DNA from: the human T2T-CHM13v2.0 reference genome, Homo sapiens
Assembly (NCBI RefSeq): GCF_009914755.1
Contig: NC_060929.1
Direction: 5' to 3' (one strand)
Length of the DNA: 64,000 nt
Both the position numbers and the translations under genes were made by a program. The notes beneath the pieces are model-generated. The model did not search any database, was not told where the DNA came from, and saw only the letters and a list, made by a program, of their open reading frames with translations. This document shows, piece after piece, positions 34,180-49,895 of the stretch (position 1 is its first letter; each line of letters starts with the position of its first letter).

Positions 34180-34460
34180 CTGAAATTCTGAGCTGAAGAG
34201 TTATTATTTGTTAGGTCCTCACAGCCAAGGATTTTTGGTAAAATCTTTTCTGGCATCTTATACATGTGATCTGAGTACTTTGCATCTCTGCTTACTTTCA
34301 GTTTTTCTAGTCTGGATGATCTCCTCAACACACACGCAGTTTCCTGATCAGAGCTATTTGTCACTGAATTTGAATTTCTCTTATTACTTAGTGGCTCACA
34401 AGAAGTGATATTTTGATGAGCCAAAGTTTGCAATCCAGATGGATTTGGGTCTTGCAGAGT
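34180..34460 (-). CDS. ANKRD31: ANKRD31 coding exon (inferred exon 8), 281 nt
   Basis: tttgcag|ACT CTG CAA GAC...AAT TTC AG|gtatgc gives TLQDPNPSGLQ...SSAQNF(R). Phase 0 to 2. Confidence 0.95.
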
Positions 34461-35389
34461 CTGCAAATACGTAAATACATCCACAAAAAATTACAACACT
34501 GCAAAAAAATTAAAACTATAAGAAGTTAAATTTTGTCTTGACCTTTGCTTAAATTAAAATGCCTATTATAGGATCCAAGTACAAGAATTCATAGACATAT
34601 GTGGACATAATGAAAGATTTAATAATAATTAATGTAATAAAGGACAATGCAGATTTAAAAGCTTAAGAGCATAAGTAAAAATGATTTTGATCAATATTTA
34701 TCTTGAAAATTCAAAGGCAAATCTATGGTCACTCTAGGAGTTTTAATTTTGCAAGAAATTTGGAATGTAGAATGATGAGAGATCTACAAAAACATTAGAA
34801 ATGTCACACTAGGCTAGATCAATGGACTATTCAGCCTAGGGTTTTATTATCTGACAGCAGCAGCAAGTGATATTTTGTGGAACAAGATAGTACATAACCT
34901 CCATTACATTGATTTTAAAAGGTTAACAGTGTATCAGGAATTGTTCTTTCCCTTAATAATTCATTATAGATTTAACTTCCATGAACATATGTATTCTTTA
35001 TACGTATCATCTAAACCTTTCTTCAGCTTACTTACATATCCGTCTTGCAAAGCTTCTCAAGGTAACAAGCTCCATATTTTTATTACAGCTGAGTAAATGA
35101 GTATATTATTTGATCTCTTCTAAGTAAGTCTCCTTTCTACTTAAGAGGGTTTATTTTTTTTCCTTTCGAAGACTTGCTAAATTCATATTCACTGTATTAA
35201 TACCAATCATAATTTCCTACACTTTACTCATATTCCCTCTTTTCATATTAGAACACTGCAATTTTAATCTTCATGCCCTATCTCCATAATTAGTTTCTCT
35301 TTTTCTGGTTTTTAAAAAATCCTATGTCAGTTTTGAGATTTGTTAAACAGAACTTCATGCAGTATTGTCCCAGGTATGTATGCTGCAAC

Positions 35390-35870
35390 ACGAGCTCAGC
35401 ATTTTGTTACATAAATCTTCACAAGGATGTTCACAGAAACATTTTGGTAATCGGAAGATAAAAAGAAAAGAAAGAAAACAATCCAAATGACCATCATTAG
35501 TGAATTGATTAAATAAATTACAATATATTCACACAGTGGAATACTATTCAGCAAATTAAAAGATTTAAGTAGTGCTACATTTGCTGACATTGAAAGATAA
35601 ACAAAACACATTATTAAATTTAAAAAATAAGTTGGAAGGCATTATATATAATATAATCCCATTAGTATAAAATGAACTAATATAGAATATGATGGAAATA
35701 ATTGGAGAGAGATACACCAAACTGTTAACAGTGATTACCTCTAAAGAGTGAAACTGTGGAGGATATTTGTTACCATATTATTATGTAATTCTGTAAGGTT
35801 TAAAATGTGTTTTATAATGAGGATGCATTATTATTATAATCAGGGGAAAAAATAAAGATTATTTTTAAAA
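35390..35870 (+). mobile_element. Ancient L1ME-like 3' end
   Basis: Motifs cacagtggaatactattcagca and aaactgttaacagtgattacctct. Confidence 0.65.
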
Positions 35871-36499
35871 ACAAAGAAACTGTCAATATGACAAAGGGAC
35901 TTTGTGAGTGATAGGCCACTACAGAGCCTCCAGGCATAATACTACAAGAATTCTAAACCCCAAGAGCTATGCCACCTGATAGTATTCTCAGACATAGAAG
36001 TCAAAATTCTGCTTAAGCTAGGCATATTTTTTCCCTCCCCTGGCATCCCAACTGCATATATTCTATGTCAAAATGTAAATTAATGTGGGGTATCCCATCA
36101 GTACTCTGCACCCAGGTAGACATAGTGATTTTCTGAGCTAACAGAGAAAATTTTAGTAAAGAATTCTTTCCTTCCTACATATAAGCAATCTAAAGATATG
36201 TCTTCTCAGCCCTGTTGAGAAGAAATCTTTCTATTTTCATTTCCTAACTCCTCGAAAACTCTATCCTAGGAACTTCTAAAAAGATCACTCTATGCTTCCA
36301 AGTCACAAAGTATCTTCTCGGTGTTGATATTTGGGTAGATTTGATTTTAACACAATGAAAACTTGTTGAAGTTTAAAAGGCAAAATCATAGACTCATATT
36401 TTCAGCTACTTGCTCCACTGAAAGATGCTTGTCCTATAGCTCAGCTAACTTGGAACCATGTTCAAATGGTGGAGTAGAACAAAGAAATTCAAAATTCAC

Positions 36500-37069
36500 C
36501 TCTGCTATTTGTGTACAATCTTCATTGGTCTGAGACGTATTGAACTCCACTTCTAAACATTCATTTCTGGCAATGAGACTGCTACCTCCCTCTTTTCTGT
36601 GACAGATGGTTTCCACCTTGGCTTCTGACAATGTGTTCAGGGCTTCCAATAACTCAGCTGGCAATGCATCATCTTTTGCATCTTCTAGTAAATCTCTATG
36701 ACATGCCGACCAGGAATTCAAAGGTATTGATATGGAACTAAGAGAGTCACTCAATGGGTTCATCAATTCTTTACGATCAAAATCACTTACTAATTCAAAC
36801 AATCTTTCCTCCTGGGTGCTTTCTGGTGATGTAAGTAAACTTTCTAAGGCAGACACAAAGGTTTCAAGAGAGCTTTCTTCATCCTTAGTTTCTTCAGAAG
36901 TCATGGTCATTGTGACTTCCTTTCTAGGCTCAAAAAATGTATTTGGTGCTGCTAAAATCTTCTCTGGCTCTACTAATGATGTCTCCTTTACAGCAACTGT
37001 ATCAGATACTGTAATAGCAGTGCCTGAGAGAAGGCTAACTTCAGGAGAATCTCTGCCTTCACTTAGTTC
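36500..37069 (-). CDS. ANKRD31: ANKRD31 coding exon (inferred exon 7), 570 nt, acidic and Ser-rich region
   Basis: cacag|GAA CTA AGT...ATA GCA GAG|gtgaat, 190 open codons (ELSEGRDSPEV...DCTQIAE). Overlaps ORF-track 36434..36910. Confidence 0.96.
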
Positions 37070-37753
37070 CTGTGTATTACAAATAGAAATTACATCATTA
37101 CAGCATATACAATAAAGTATTTAAAATGAAAACTTTATAGTTTTATAGTTTATCTTGTTTGTAAGCTACCCTCAAAATTTATCATCAACTTTCCTTCCCT
37201 TCCATAAATAAAGGGAATACTCTTTATTGCTTTCCTATACCAAATCGCTAATTACTGAAAACATGGTTAAACATTTAATAATAGACCAAGAGCATAACTG
37301 GCTGGACCATAATTACGGATGGCAAATTATTCACCTAAGTTTAAATTATCTGTGCTAACAGAAGAAGCAGAGATGGCATGGATAGTTAAATTAACAGATG
37401 ATCCCAAAGCTTCATAGCCATTAATGGTTATAAAATTCTTTCTTGCCAAAATGTCCTATTTGATTTATAAAATTATTAACTAGGAATAAAATTTCACCTT
37501 CTTTTTGTTCCCCCACCTTTGTAGGAATAAGTAAATGTGGAGTAAAGAGGCCAAAGGACAAGAGGTCAGAGGGAAAAGGTGGAGAAATGAGGGTACAGTT
37601 ATGTATAAATATTACAAGCCCTAGCTGTGAATGAATGGCTCTGAGTTGTGGTTATTTTAAGCAAAAAAACCCACTAAACTTAACATTTCTAAATGACTAT
37701 TATTTCTCTAAGACATCACCTTAATAGGTTATACCTGTTCTCACAATGTTTCT

Positions 37754-38070
<317 letters not shown>

Positions 38071-38729
38071 TCACAATGTTTCTAATACTCAAAATACTGT
38101 TAGAATCCCTCTTTTGAAATTGCTTTCAGAATGAGTTTATAAGCCATTCAAGAAAATAATGTGCTTTAAAGGCACTGAAAAATTTTCAAACACTAAATAC
38201 TTTTTATCGGCCTTAAATACCAGAATGGGTTTCAATGACTTTGGTTTTTTCCAAAAATCAAATCCACCATACCTTTGACAGGATGTGCTGTAATTTGTAA
38301 GCCTTCTAATATTCTAATCTGGTATGAGTGAGAGAAGCAAAACCACTTTATTCTTCCTCCTGTCCTTTTCTACCTGCCACCTTTATGTACTTTGTATATA
38401 TTAATAGCATACAGCACTTAAGAAAACATATTTATTTGTTAGCAATGCTAACTATAATTTTCTCAGAAAGATAAAAGGAATATGCAAGAAATTCAAGAAC
38501 CAGATCCTACTCACTCTCTAAGTCTCAGTTCAAGGCCTCTCCACTATTTGAAGTCCTCGCACCAGGTATAATAAAGTATATACATTGGGCTCTGTCTTAA
38601 AGCAATTTATTTCTAACTTAAGATTCAAGACATAAATACCTAGGACATTAAACAGAATACAAATAATGTCATAGAACACTTATGAAATCAAATGAATGGC
38701 ATAAACTAGTGTATATCAAGCAGTTGCAT

Positions 38730-39237
38730 TTATAACCACAGAACCAGCCCAAATTGGCCGTACTTTGTTGGTAACAGAATGTCAAGTCATCTTGCAGGTA
38801 TAACACAGCGAAAACTGCAAGTCATGTAACGCAGCCAGAACCTTGAACCAAGAAGACAGAAAAATGACTTCCCCTCCTCCTGAACCAAGAAGACTGAGAA
38901 ATGACTGGAACCTGACCACTGGTACTCTTTCTGAAGAAACAGGTCTGCTAGTCAGAAAGATTTGGTGTTAAAATCTGCCTAAATATACCTTACCGTAAAT
39001 GGTCAAATTCGAGGTCTTCTAATCAGACTCTGCCAAGCCAACATTCCTAAGTCCTTTCCCTTACCTTCTGCCCCCTTAAACCTGTTCCAGACCCTAAATA
39101 GAGGACACAAATTTGAGCTGCCTCTCCTGTCTCCTTGCTGGCCTGTCTCACAATAAAGCCTTTTTTTCCCTCAAAAGCCAATGCCACAGCACTGGCTTCT
39201 ATGCACATCAGGCAGCAGGCCCATTTGCTTGATAACA
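38730..39237 (+). mobile_element. ERV1-type solo LTR (family not resolved)
   Basis: About 500 bp with an LTR-like layout, AATAAA at ~39152 and a ...gataaca end. Confidence 0.6.
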
Positions 39238-39871
39238 TACAAAGCCTAGTGTCTTGCAAAAATGAGTTTTCTGGGGAAGAAAAAAATGGAGGCAGTGGAG
39301 GGCTTTCATGATTCTTTGAAAAATACTTGGTTGAGCAAAGTTAAACAAGTTACTTTGTGACAGGACTTTCCAAACCATGTGCATTGGGGAACTTTAGGAC
39401 ACAGTGTTCTCCAAACATTTTTGTCCAAAAAAATCCTTCTCCTCAGAAGATCTATTAATATTATAGAGTACAAGTGATTTGGAAATAATGATATAGTTAG
39501 TAAATAATGAGTGCTAGAGAGGGAGCAATTACTTTGGTCAAGATCGCCAGAATTATCTGAAATAGATCCACAGAAGAACAGGTACTTGAGCCAGAAATTA
39601 AAGATTTGTGGAGTGAAAGAATGGAGGAACACACATTTACTAAGCACCAACTAGGTGCCAGACATCATGAACCATCATTGCTCGGTCCTCACAATACCTG
39701 TAAAACAGCTATCGCTGCCCCTATCTTACAGATATAAACAGTTATCCTTGGAACCCAGACCTATCTGGTTTCCAAATTTTATGTTATTTCCCATCTTCTG
39801 GCTCCTGATTTGAGCAAAAGCATGAAGGCAGGAAAGTGTAAGGTGTGGCTGAGATAAAGTAAGCTACAGGG

Positions 39872-40077
39872 ACAACCTGGGTGAGATGCCAAGACCCAGG
39901 GTCTACAAAAAAATTAAAAGAAAAAAATCAGCTGGGTGTGGCAGTATGGGCCTACAGTCCTAGCTACTGGGGAAGCTGAGGTGAGAGGATCTCTTGAGCC
40001 CAGGAGTTCCAGGTGGCAGTGAGTTATGATCGCACAACTGTACTCCAGCCTGGGCAACAAAGTGAGACTTTATCTCA
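39872..40077 (+). mobile_element. Partial AluJ
   Basis: Alu mid-A region plus the right monomer. Confidence 0.85.
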
Positions 40078-40499
40078 CTGGGGAGGTCTTTGATTGCCTA
40101 GCATCCCTGAGGAAAGCGTGAGTTCATTGTAAGCAGAGCCAGTCCTATAGTCCTCTGATTCTCCATAGCACCAAGTAAAAAGCAAATCCAAAGCAGGAAG
40201 GAACTTTGCTACATTATCTCAGAAACAGTTTGATAACAAGTTATGTATTTCTACTCTAGATAAAAAGTAAGAGACTTAACAGTACTGGATAAGAGACACA
40301 GATCAAGAAAACACTTTCATTAGCAATAAGGAAGAATAAACATGAAAGAGGTGATTAGACAAGAATAGATTTTTATCTACCGAAATGGTTTAGTAGATGA
40401 GGGTGAGGGTCTAAATGAGCTTGATACTTTAATCGACATAATTTTTTAAAAAATCTAAACTCACAGTCTACATAGTTAATTTCTGTTATACAGACCAAC

Positions 40500-40543
40500 C
40501 TTTTCTATGTGTGGCAAAACTTCAGGACTTTCAGCCTCTGGCC
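40500..40543 (-). CDS. ANKRD31: ANKRD31 coding micro-exon (inferred exon 6), 44 nt
   Basis: ttttctag|GG CCA GAG GCT...ATA GAA AAG|gttggt gives (G)PEAESPEVLPHIEK. Phase 1 to 0. Confidence 0.9.
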
Positions 40544-41156
40544 CTAGAAAAAAACAATGTGTTTTCATTCCAGTTTTATGGAAGCACTAAAAACATACCT
40601 TCTCAGTTGACATTTCATAATCATATAACTTAAACTCCCTCAGTCAAGTGACACATCATATATTTTATTAATATTACATAAATTTATTAGTATAAAAGTA
40701 TTATTTTGGAAATGAAATTATAAAATTCTTGCATTTCTTAAAAAATATTTTATATAGCTCCAAAAAAATTGTAACTATTTGGAATTATTTTAGCTAAAAA
40801 CCAAGAACTCTATTTTGGCTGAATTATACTAAGTACAGCATTTGTAACTACATAGGAAAAAGACTATCTACTTTCTCAGTGTCATTATCTCTTCTACTAC
40901 AGGTACTTAGAGCTTAAATGAACTCATGCTGTCTGGAGTTAGGCATGAAAAGAAATGCCCCTTATAGGGGTCAAAAGGACAGAGGGTCATCCTAGACACT
41001 ATGGAGGATTGCTGCATTGCCTCTGTGACTGCAAATTCACTATCTACTCTCACCCTGCCCCCTCTGAGCCAAGCTGGCAAACAGCAATTCACACCCAAGT
41101 TAGGTCAAAGGAGGATCTGGAAAAAAGATAGTTCTCCTCCACTGTTCCTTTTACAT

Positions 41157-41873
<717 letters not shown>

Positions 41874-42489
41874 TCATTCTTTTGGTTTCTTTTGATTAGG
41901 TAATGTCTACATAGCTAAAGTAAAAGCAAGTAATTATCTGCTGAACCTCAAAATGCATCCTCATAAGCAAGACAGGTTTTTCAGGGGGAAAAAGAAGCAT
42001 AAATATTCTTGCTGAGCTTCACATCCTAAAAGATAATAATAATAAACCTGTTTTTTTCCCTCGCTTCATCTTTGCAATTTAATGATAAAAAGCTATGAAA
42101 ATCAGTTAGGAGGGCTAAAATCATGGCGTATTACTTGCTCACAGCATGATAAGCAAAAAGTCATAAGAATAAATAATTTCTTATCCTTGGTTTAGAATTA
42201 TTCCTGTCAACAAGTGATGACATATTTCATTGTGTGTATCTTACTTAACATTTTATATCTCTACTTGCTTAAAATTTTAATACCAATGAAAGAAACATTT
42301 TAAAATAATAGATACATCTTCAACTACCTTTGGAAGGAGAGGTTTTTTTAAATAAAATTTCACATCTTTGGGGGATTAGAATTCAAAAACAGAAAAAGAG
42401 ATTTCACTTTTCTTCCTTCTCCGAATCATAAGAAACAACTCTTATAGACATTTTCTCCCATGTTGTCTTTAACAACTTCATCTTCAAAA

Positions 42490-43121
42490 CTATAAAGCAA
42501 AAAAATAAAATTCTAAGGCTCCCAATCATCTGAATGGACCCCTCTTGGCCATGGGCATACCAAAGTTGGTTCAGGCCTTGAAGGGAAGAAAGGGTCACAC
42601 ACGCCTCATTACACCCTCCTCCCTTCTGGAATTGAGGAAAAGCCATCCAGTGTTAACATCAACACAGATCTTAAGTCTGTTTAAAAAAATTTATAATCTG
42701 CTCTGTCTGAACCCTGCTATCTGTAAGCTTCATCTGCATGATAAAACTTTGGTCTCCACAACCCCTTATCATCATAACCCAGCGATTCCTTTCTATTGAT
42801 TCCAGGTCTTTAGATAATAACTCTTTCAACCAATTGCCAATCAGAAAATCTTTGAATCCACCTATAAACTGGAAGCCCCCAGGCCACACCTTGCTTCTGG
42901 TTTGTCCCACCTTTCCAGACAAAACCAATGTACTTCATCTTACACATATTGATTGATGTCTCATGTCTCCCTAAAATGTATAAAACTAGGCTGTGCCCTG
43001 ACCACCTTGGGCACATGTTCTCAGAGTTTCCTGACGGCTGTGCCACAGGCCATGGTCACTCATATTTGGCTCAGAATAAATCTCTTCAAATATTTTACAG
43101 AGTTGGACTCTTCTCGTTGAC
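42490..43121 (+). mobile_element. MER4-group ERV1 solo LTR
   Basis: Typical 3' end ggtcactcatatttggctcagaataaatctcttcaaatattttacagagttggactcttctcgttgac. Confidence 0.85.
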
Positions 43122-43812
43122 GAAATGATCATTCTTTTATGCCAACAGGTACTATTTTAAAAACTTAATAAAATATTTTACAGTAATTTGATTACTATAT
43201 TAAAAACCAACACATTTAGAAGGAATTATCTTTTCTAACTACAAATTTTACTTTAAAGTTTTTACAAATACATAAAGAATTCTTGAATTTTTGTCTATCC
43301 TTTAATAAATCATTAAAAGAATTTTCAAATTTTCCACTTTCACTTTAGAGAGGCAAAATATAATGGTATACATGAGAAATAATTCTAAAGCATCAAATTC
43401 AAAGAAAATGGCCAGAGAAGCCTGGTTTAACTTATACACAAAATTTAACTTATACACAGGTGTTTTAAGGCCAAAGCTATTATATTTGCTTAAGGCAGTT
43501 TGCTTATCTTTATCTTTCTACAATTTGATTAGAATTTACCCTTTGAATTGGGACAGAGGTCTGTATTAGAACACAGTCAACTATAAAAGCTAACAATTTA
43601 ATAATTTACTTGTACGTGATTTAACCTATAGTCTGGAATTATAATAAAATGAGCTTCTTGTTCTGAATACTCTGAAAGGAGTAAAGGCAAGAGAGAGCTT
43701 CAATGAAGTGCCAGAATGGAAGAGAACTACCAATTCTAAGGATCTCTAGTCACAGCAGCTTTAGGGCAGCAAGAAACACACAAAGCAATAATCCTGGTGC
43801 ATGTGGCACTAC

Positions 43813-43980
43813 TTTTTATTTTTTATTTTTTAGAGATGGGGGTCTTGCTTTGTCACCCAGGCTGTAATGCAGTGGCACAATCATAGCCAATTGCCACTTC
43901 AAATTCCTGGGCCCAAGGGATCCCCCCAACTCAGCCTCCCTAGTAGCTGGGACTATAGGCATGCACTACCTCACCTGGCC
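43813..43980 (-). mobile_element. Free Alu monomer (FRAM-like)
   Basis: Single monomer, TSD atgtggcact. Confidence 0.85.
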
Positions 43981-44250
43981 ATGTGGCACTTTTGAAGGAA
44001 CAGCCTATGAGACTTGTGACTCAGAAGTTCGAGGAGAGTGGTGACAACAGTGCACAGATGCCAATGGCATAACAAGGCATTAATGGCTGGCACTCAGGAG
44101 GCCAAATGGGCAGGAGGTTGGAGTTATGGGACTATAGGACATAGTGGAACCCTGTTTTAAAATAAATACTAGAATTGGGTATGAGAAAAATAAAAATACA
44201 TTTTTGTGTAAGTATTGATGACACCTGTTATAGTCAAAACCCAAAGGGGA

Positions 44251-44648
<398 letters not shown>

Positions 44649-45762
44649 TCATACACACACACAAAAAGACTTCAACCTCTAAGATGACATCATTATAGCT
44701 TTATAAACATGACTCTTTTTGTTTAATCCATAACTACATCTTGTAAAAAGTGCTAAATAGGTTTTTACTAAATTTGGAGATCACGTTTTGCATAGTCTGA
44801 ATTATATTAGGCCATTTGATATTTATTAAACTTTTTTAAAATCAGAAAGTCTTTTATATTTAAAGAGGAACATTAATTACCCCTTGCGCTTACATTTGTT
44901 TAATGGTCAATTTACTAAACTTCTATATCTAAGACATGAAAACTTGAAAATTACTATTTAACATTTAAACATTGATAACAAACTTAAATTTCCTTAAACA
45001 ATTTAAACTAAAAATTTGAAATAATTTTTTACCATTTCAAATATATAAAAGACTACTGCTCTTAAACTAATTCTAAAATAACAGTATCATTGTTGTAATT
45101 CATTCTTCTTTATTTCTATACTTGTTCTTATACCTTTTTAAGATTAAAGTAATTCTTATTCTGATACCTTCCCAGGGTTACAGATTACCTGCTTTTTTGT
45201 TGGGGCATGAGATTATTTCTCTCAAGATTATTCCAACCTGACCAGCCAATTATCTGGCTTTACTTATAAATAAATACCTTAAACTTCACAAAGGTTATTT
45301 TTTGTAATCTAATGTTTTGTCCGAGAATGCTTTAAGTTTTACTTGGTTGGTGTTACAAAAGCTTTTCTCTTGTCATTTATTATGTGCTGATATGTTATGT
45401 AGTGTTACTAGAAACTTATTCCTGCCATTTAGTATCTTATCATGATAGGCAGGGCCATCTAAGGCTTTTATTTACTAAGAGATAAGGATCTAGTCTCTGC
45501 AGAAAAGTCTCCTTAATTGGATATCAGGTTAATTTGTCATCTGGGGACACAGACCCCACTTTATATGTTTTATGTGTCACTGCTGGTACTGTGTGATGGG
45601 CCTTCCTTTCCTTGGTACAATTCTTACTTTTTCCAGGACTCCTTGACTCTTTCCCTACTTAAACAGTGATAAACAAAAATATCCTATGTTTTATAAATAG
45701 ACATGTATTTAATTAAGAAAATGCACAGATATTAACAGGCCCCCAATTCTTAGTTATTAAAA

Positions 45763-46034
45763 CTTTCTTTTTTGAGATAGGGTCTCACTCTGTCACCCGG
45801 GCTGGAAACATGGCTCATGCAGCCTGAACCTCCTGGGCTCAAGCTGTCCTCCCGCCTCAGCGCAGCTGAGACTATAGGCATGAACCACCATAGCCTGGAT
45901 AATTTTGTGTGTGTGTAGCGATGGGGGTCTTGCTGTGTTTCCCAGGCTGGTCTCGAACTCTTAGGCTCAAGCAATCACCCTGGCTCAGCCTCCCAAAGTG
46001 CTGGGATTACAGGTGTGAGCCACCACATCCAGCC
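45763..46034 (-). mobile_element. AluJ
   Basis: Reverse degenerate Alu. Confidence 0.9.
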
Positions 46035-46966
46035 CATCCTTAAACATCCTGCTGTAGTTGTTTTTCTTTTTGTATTGAGACAATCTTTTGTACACTCCTA
46101 ACATTTTTTGAGTATCATTATGAACTCATGGTCTTTTCACAAACTTATTTGCATGAACTCTAAATTCCTGGGTTTTTATCCCTACTTAATTTATCAGTTT
46201 GGCCAGTTTATCACAGTTTGGCCACAGCACCATTGAGCTAACCATTTATCCTCCAGCACTGGCCCCAGACATCCTTGAAAGCATCCTTGCTTTTCAGTAA
46301 TAATTGTATGTTCAGGCTCATCCTGATATTGTCATGCTCCAAAAGTGATCAGCTACCCTTTAAGAATCCCTGGTTTATTTAGCATTCACACCCTTAGCAC
46401 CCACATACTTGGTATTTAGTAGGCTTAATAAGTATTTGTTAAAAGAATAAACAATATTAAAGACCAAACTCTAGACAGTTAAAGTATACGTAAGAGCTGG
46501 TGGTGGGCAAAAGTGGTACTGCTTTGTTGTAGCAACAGAGCAAGAGAAGACAGAGCTTTTTAAATTTATCTTTCCAAAATGATACCATGTCCTTGTATCC
46601 TTTTCTTATAATACTAGGTATCATTAAACACTATAAATATTTACTACATTGTGACACAATATACCTGACATTCACTCTGGAGGAATCATTGGTAGACACT
46701 GCAAAGAGATAGACAGCTATCCTCTAATACAGCTCAAACCAAGGCAAAACTGGCCTGTGTGACTGCCAGTCAAGAAAGACATGAAATTCTTATTAAAAAT
46801 CTTATGAACATAGGAAACAAACTTTGTTTTCAAATTTCAGCCCCCAAATCACATTTTGAGTAGCAGATACTAATGGCATCTGAGCTGCTACTCCCATAGG
46901 TAATTCTATGAAGCATGCCCCAAGTCAATAGCAACACTGATTTCATATTTATAAACATATAGTAAG

Positions 46967-47084
46967 CCAGGCTCAGTAGAGCATGCCTGTAGTCCCAACT
47001 ACTCGGGAGGCTAAGGCAGGATAATTTGCCTGAGCCCAGGAGGTCAAAGCTAATCTGAGCAACATAGCAAGACCACATCTCTAC

Positions 47085-47116
<32 letters not shown>
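46967..47116 (+). mobile_element. Free Alu monomer (FLAM-like) with a long A tail
   Basis: Single monomer followed by about 31 A. Confidence 0.85.

Positions 47117-47169
<53 letters not shown>
47117..47169. repeat. (TA)~26 perfect microsatellite
   Basis: Read directly from the sequence. Confidence 0.97.
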
Positions 47170-47171
<2 letters not shown>

Positions 47172-47269
47172 TTGACCAGCCTAGTTGTAAATAAATGTAT
47201 ATCTAACTAAGTCTTCTATTTTTAGGCAAAGACTAATTTCCTTTATATGACTCTACCATGAAAACATAC

Positions 47270-47346
47270 CTTCAATATTTTGGTGGTTCAATGAAAGTCC
47301 AGACTGGCGAAACGACCCAATGAACATTGAACAGTTTTTTCTAGTC
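47270..47346 (-). CDS. ANKRD31: ANKRD31 coding exon (inferred exon 5), 77 nt
   Basis: tttttag|G ACT AGA AAA AAC TGT...ATT GAA G|gtatgt gives (Q)TRKNCSMFIGSFRQSGLSLNHQNIE(G). Phase 2 to 1. Confidence 0.92.
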
Positions 47347-49149
47347 CTAAAAAATCAATTAATAAAAATAAATTTTAAAATGGAAGAAAAAATAGTGTTT
47401 CTCATTCAAATACAATTTAATTTTTCTTTTTCACTTAAAGGGCTTTCCAAATAGGATAATTTTTTGCTATATCATTCCAATTATTTTTACAATTATTACC
47501 AATTTGTTAACATTTTCATTTCAAGTAACTGCACAAATGAAGGAGAGAGCTGAAAAAATAATAAATGACCTGAGGAGTGTATACAAGCTAAACTACATTT
47601 AGGTCTGAAGGTGACTTTGGAGGTGACTGTTTGCCAAATAGGGGCAGGAAGGTCAGGGAGAAAATGGTCCTGAAATACGTAGTTTTTCTATCTACATCAT
47701 CAAACACACTGATAGTTTGTCATTAGTTTTAGATGTAAGTGAGAGTCATTAATGATAAATTTCTCCAGGCATTACTTATCATTCTTGTATTTCACAGCAG
47801 GCAAAGAAAAGGTAGGGAATACCGAAGGGAGGAAGTTAAAAGCAAAATAAGGGTCATGCCTAATCTGCAATTTTCATCATCTGCCCTGTGATAATTAAAA
47901 GCTGATTAAAGAAAGGCAATCAGCTAACTGTATTTTTTCTCAGCCTAATTTACTGCATAAATGTAATCAAGATACCTTCCTTTAAAAAAAAAGCCTCTCA
48001 TTTCAGCTGTTTTAAGAGCAGTTTTTAATGCAGTAGGCACAGCTACTGGAGTCCTATGCAAGAGTAATAAATTAAGCATTCTCTCCTATCCAAAAACAGA
48101 AGTGATCAGTATAAGCTGTCTTCAGATAAAAATGAAGCTATTCATGTAGAATGATAATTTTTGAAGCAAATAGAAAAGAATGCTGATTTTTTTCCTAAAG
48201 TGTGATTTTTTAAGAACAAGCTGAAAGCAAAATAAAACCATAGTTTAACAGAATTTTTTCCCTTAATTGCAAGAGTATTTAAGACATAGTCTGAAAATAG
48301 AGCAAAGCTTCATCTAAATTATTACAAATATTTATGTTAGGTAAGACTACAAACAACCTAAATGTCCAGTAGTAGAGGAATAATTAAATGAATTATAGTA
48401 AAGTCAGTAATACAATAAGGTATTATAAGGTCATCAAAATTCACATTTTTAAAAACATTATGACACAAGAAAATAACTTTGATAAACTATTACTTAAAAT
48501 TTAAAAACAGGATACAAAACTATCTGCAAGATGATCCCAATTTTGTAGAAAGTATGAACAAAAACAAAAATATAAATAAAGCCTAAAGTAAAACGTACCA
48601 AAATGTTAACAAATGGTTCTCTAGGCAGAGAGAATATGGATGCTATATTAGTCTTCCTTAGTCTTTTCTTTTTTTATTTCTTTAAATGAACTTATAATGT
48701 TGGTAGCTGGGGCAAAAGGGTTATTTTACAACAATAGAAGTTTTCAAACTTTTTGATCTTCAGACTCCTTTATACTCTTAAAAATTATTGGTGTCTTACA
48801 CTTATTTATATCTACATATTAGAAACTAAAATGAAGAACAAAACTAAATATGTATAAATTTTTAAATGACAGCAATAATCCAGGAACATATTAATATATT
48901 TTTATGAAAAATTATCTTTTCCAAAATGAAAAAAATTAGCGAGAGAAGTTGCAATTTTTGACATTTTTAATAATCTCTTTAATGTGTGGCTTAATGAAAG
49001 ATGACTATCATCCTATATCTGCTACTGCATTCAATCTGTTGCCATATATAATTTTATTTGAAGTATATAACAAAAATCTGGCTTCACACAGATATGGGGT
49101 TGGAAAAGGGAGGAGTATTTTAATAGCCTTTTTGGATAATTGTGAATAT

Positions 49150-49895
49150 TGCTTGGGTACAGAAAATAATACCCCAAAATACGACGCTATGGCAAGCTGC
49201 GTACTCTGAATTAAAGAAAATTGAAAGGCCTGAGAAATAAGCTTCAGAACCAAGGTCTCCATCTGAGCTTTCCCCTCACCCCCCACCCCATTTCTCTGAT
49301 CTTTTTTTCTTGAAGCACCTGAAGGGACTCTCTCCAGAATTTCCTTATCTGACTGAGAAAGCTTCTTGAAAAAATAAAATAAAATGGTCTTAAAATCCCC
49401 TCCCTAGGAATCTCATTAAACAACCAGGAAAGATTAACCATCAGAGAAAAGACTAAAAGTCTCTAAGGCCAGGTGACAGGACACTATGTCCAGACAAATT
49501 CTTTATCTATTCTTCTGACAGCAGCTCCAAGAGACTACCCAAGACTTTATCTGCCTAAGACAACCTTTGTTCAGAGTGAAGTTCTGTCTCTCATCTTCCC
49601 ATCAATTCCCCAAAACTTAGAGGAACTTGTCCCAGGCCATTGTTTTTTGGGCATATTCATTTCCCCTGAAAATCATTTACTGCTATATCCTCCATCTCCT
49701 CTTCCCCTATGAAGAATGGTATATAAACATCTGGACCTCACTGGGTTATTGGGTAACCACACTCCTGTGATTTTCCCCCATGTACATTAAATAAACTTTA
49801 TATGCATTTTTATTCTATAAATCTTTCTTTTTGTCTGTTCATTTTCAGCAAACCTTCATTGAGGGTAGAGGACGCTTTCCCCCTCTACCCCTAAA
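49150..49895 (+). mobile_element. MER34/MER39-like ERV1 solo LTR
   Basis: Starts tg...cagaaaataataccccaaaat and ends cattttcagcaaaccttca...ctaccccta, with a short atat target duplication. Confidence 0.75.

Noticed and set aside
36434-36499. Open frame continuing 21 codons into the intron after the 570-nt exon, as a possible truncated isoform
   Set aside because: I saw no nearby minus-strand poly(A) signal, and a read-through of this length is expected by chance.
36732-37115. 127-aa plus-strand ORF
   Set aside because: It is the antisense shadow of the ANKRD31 exon.
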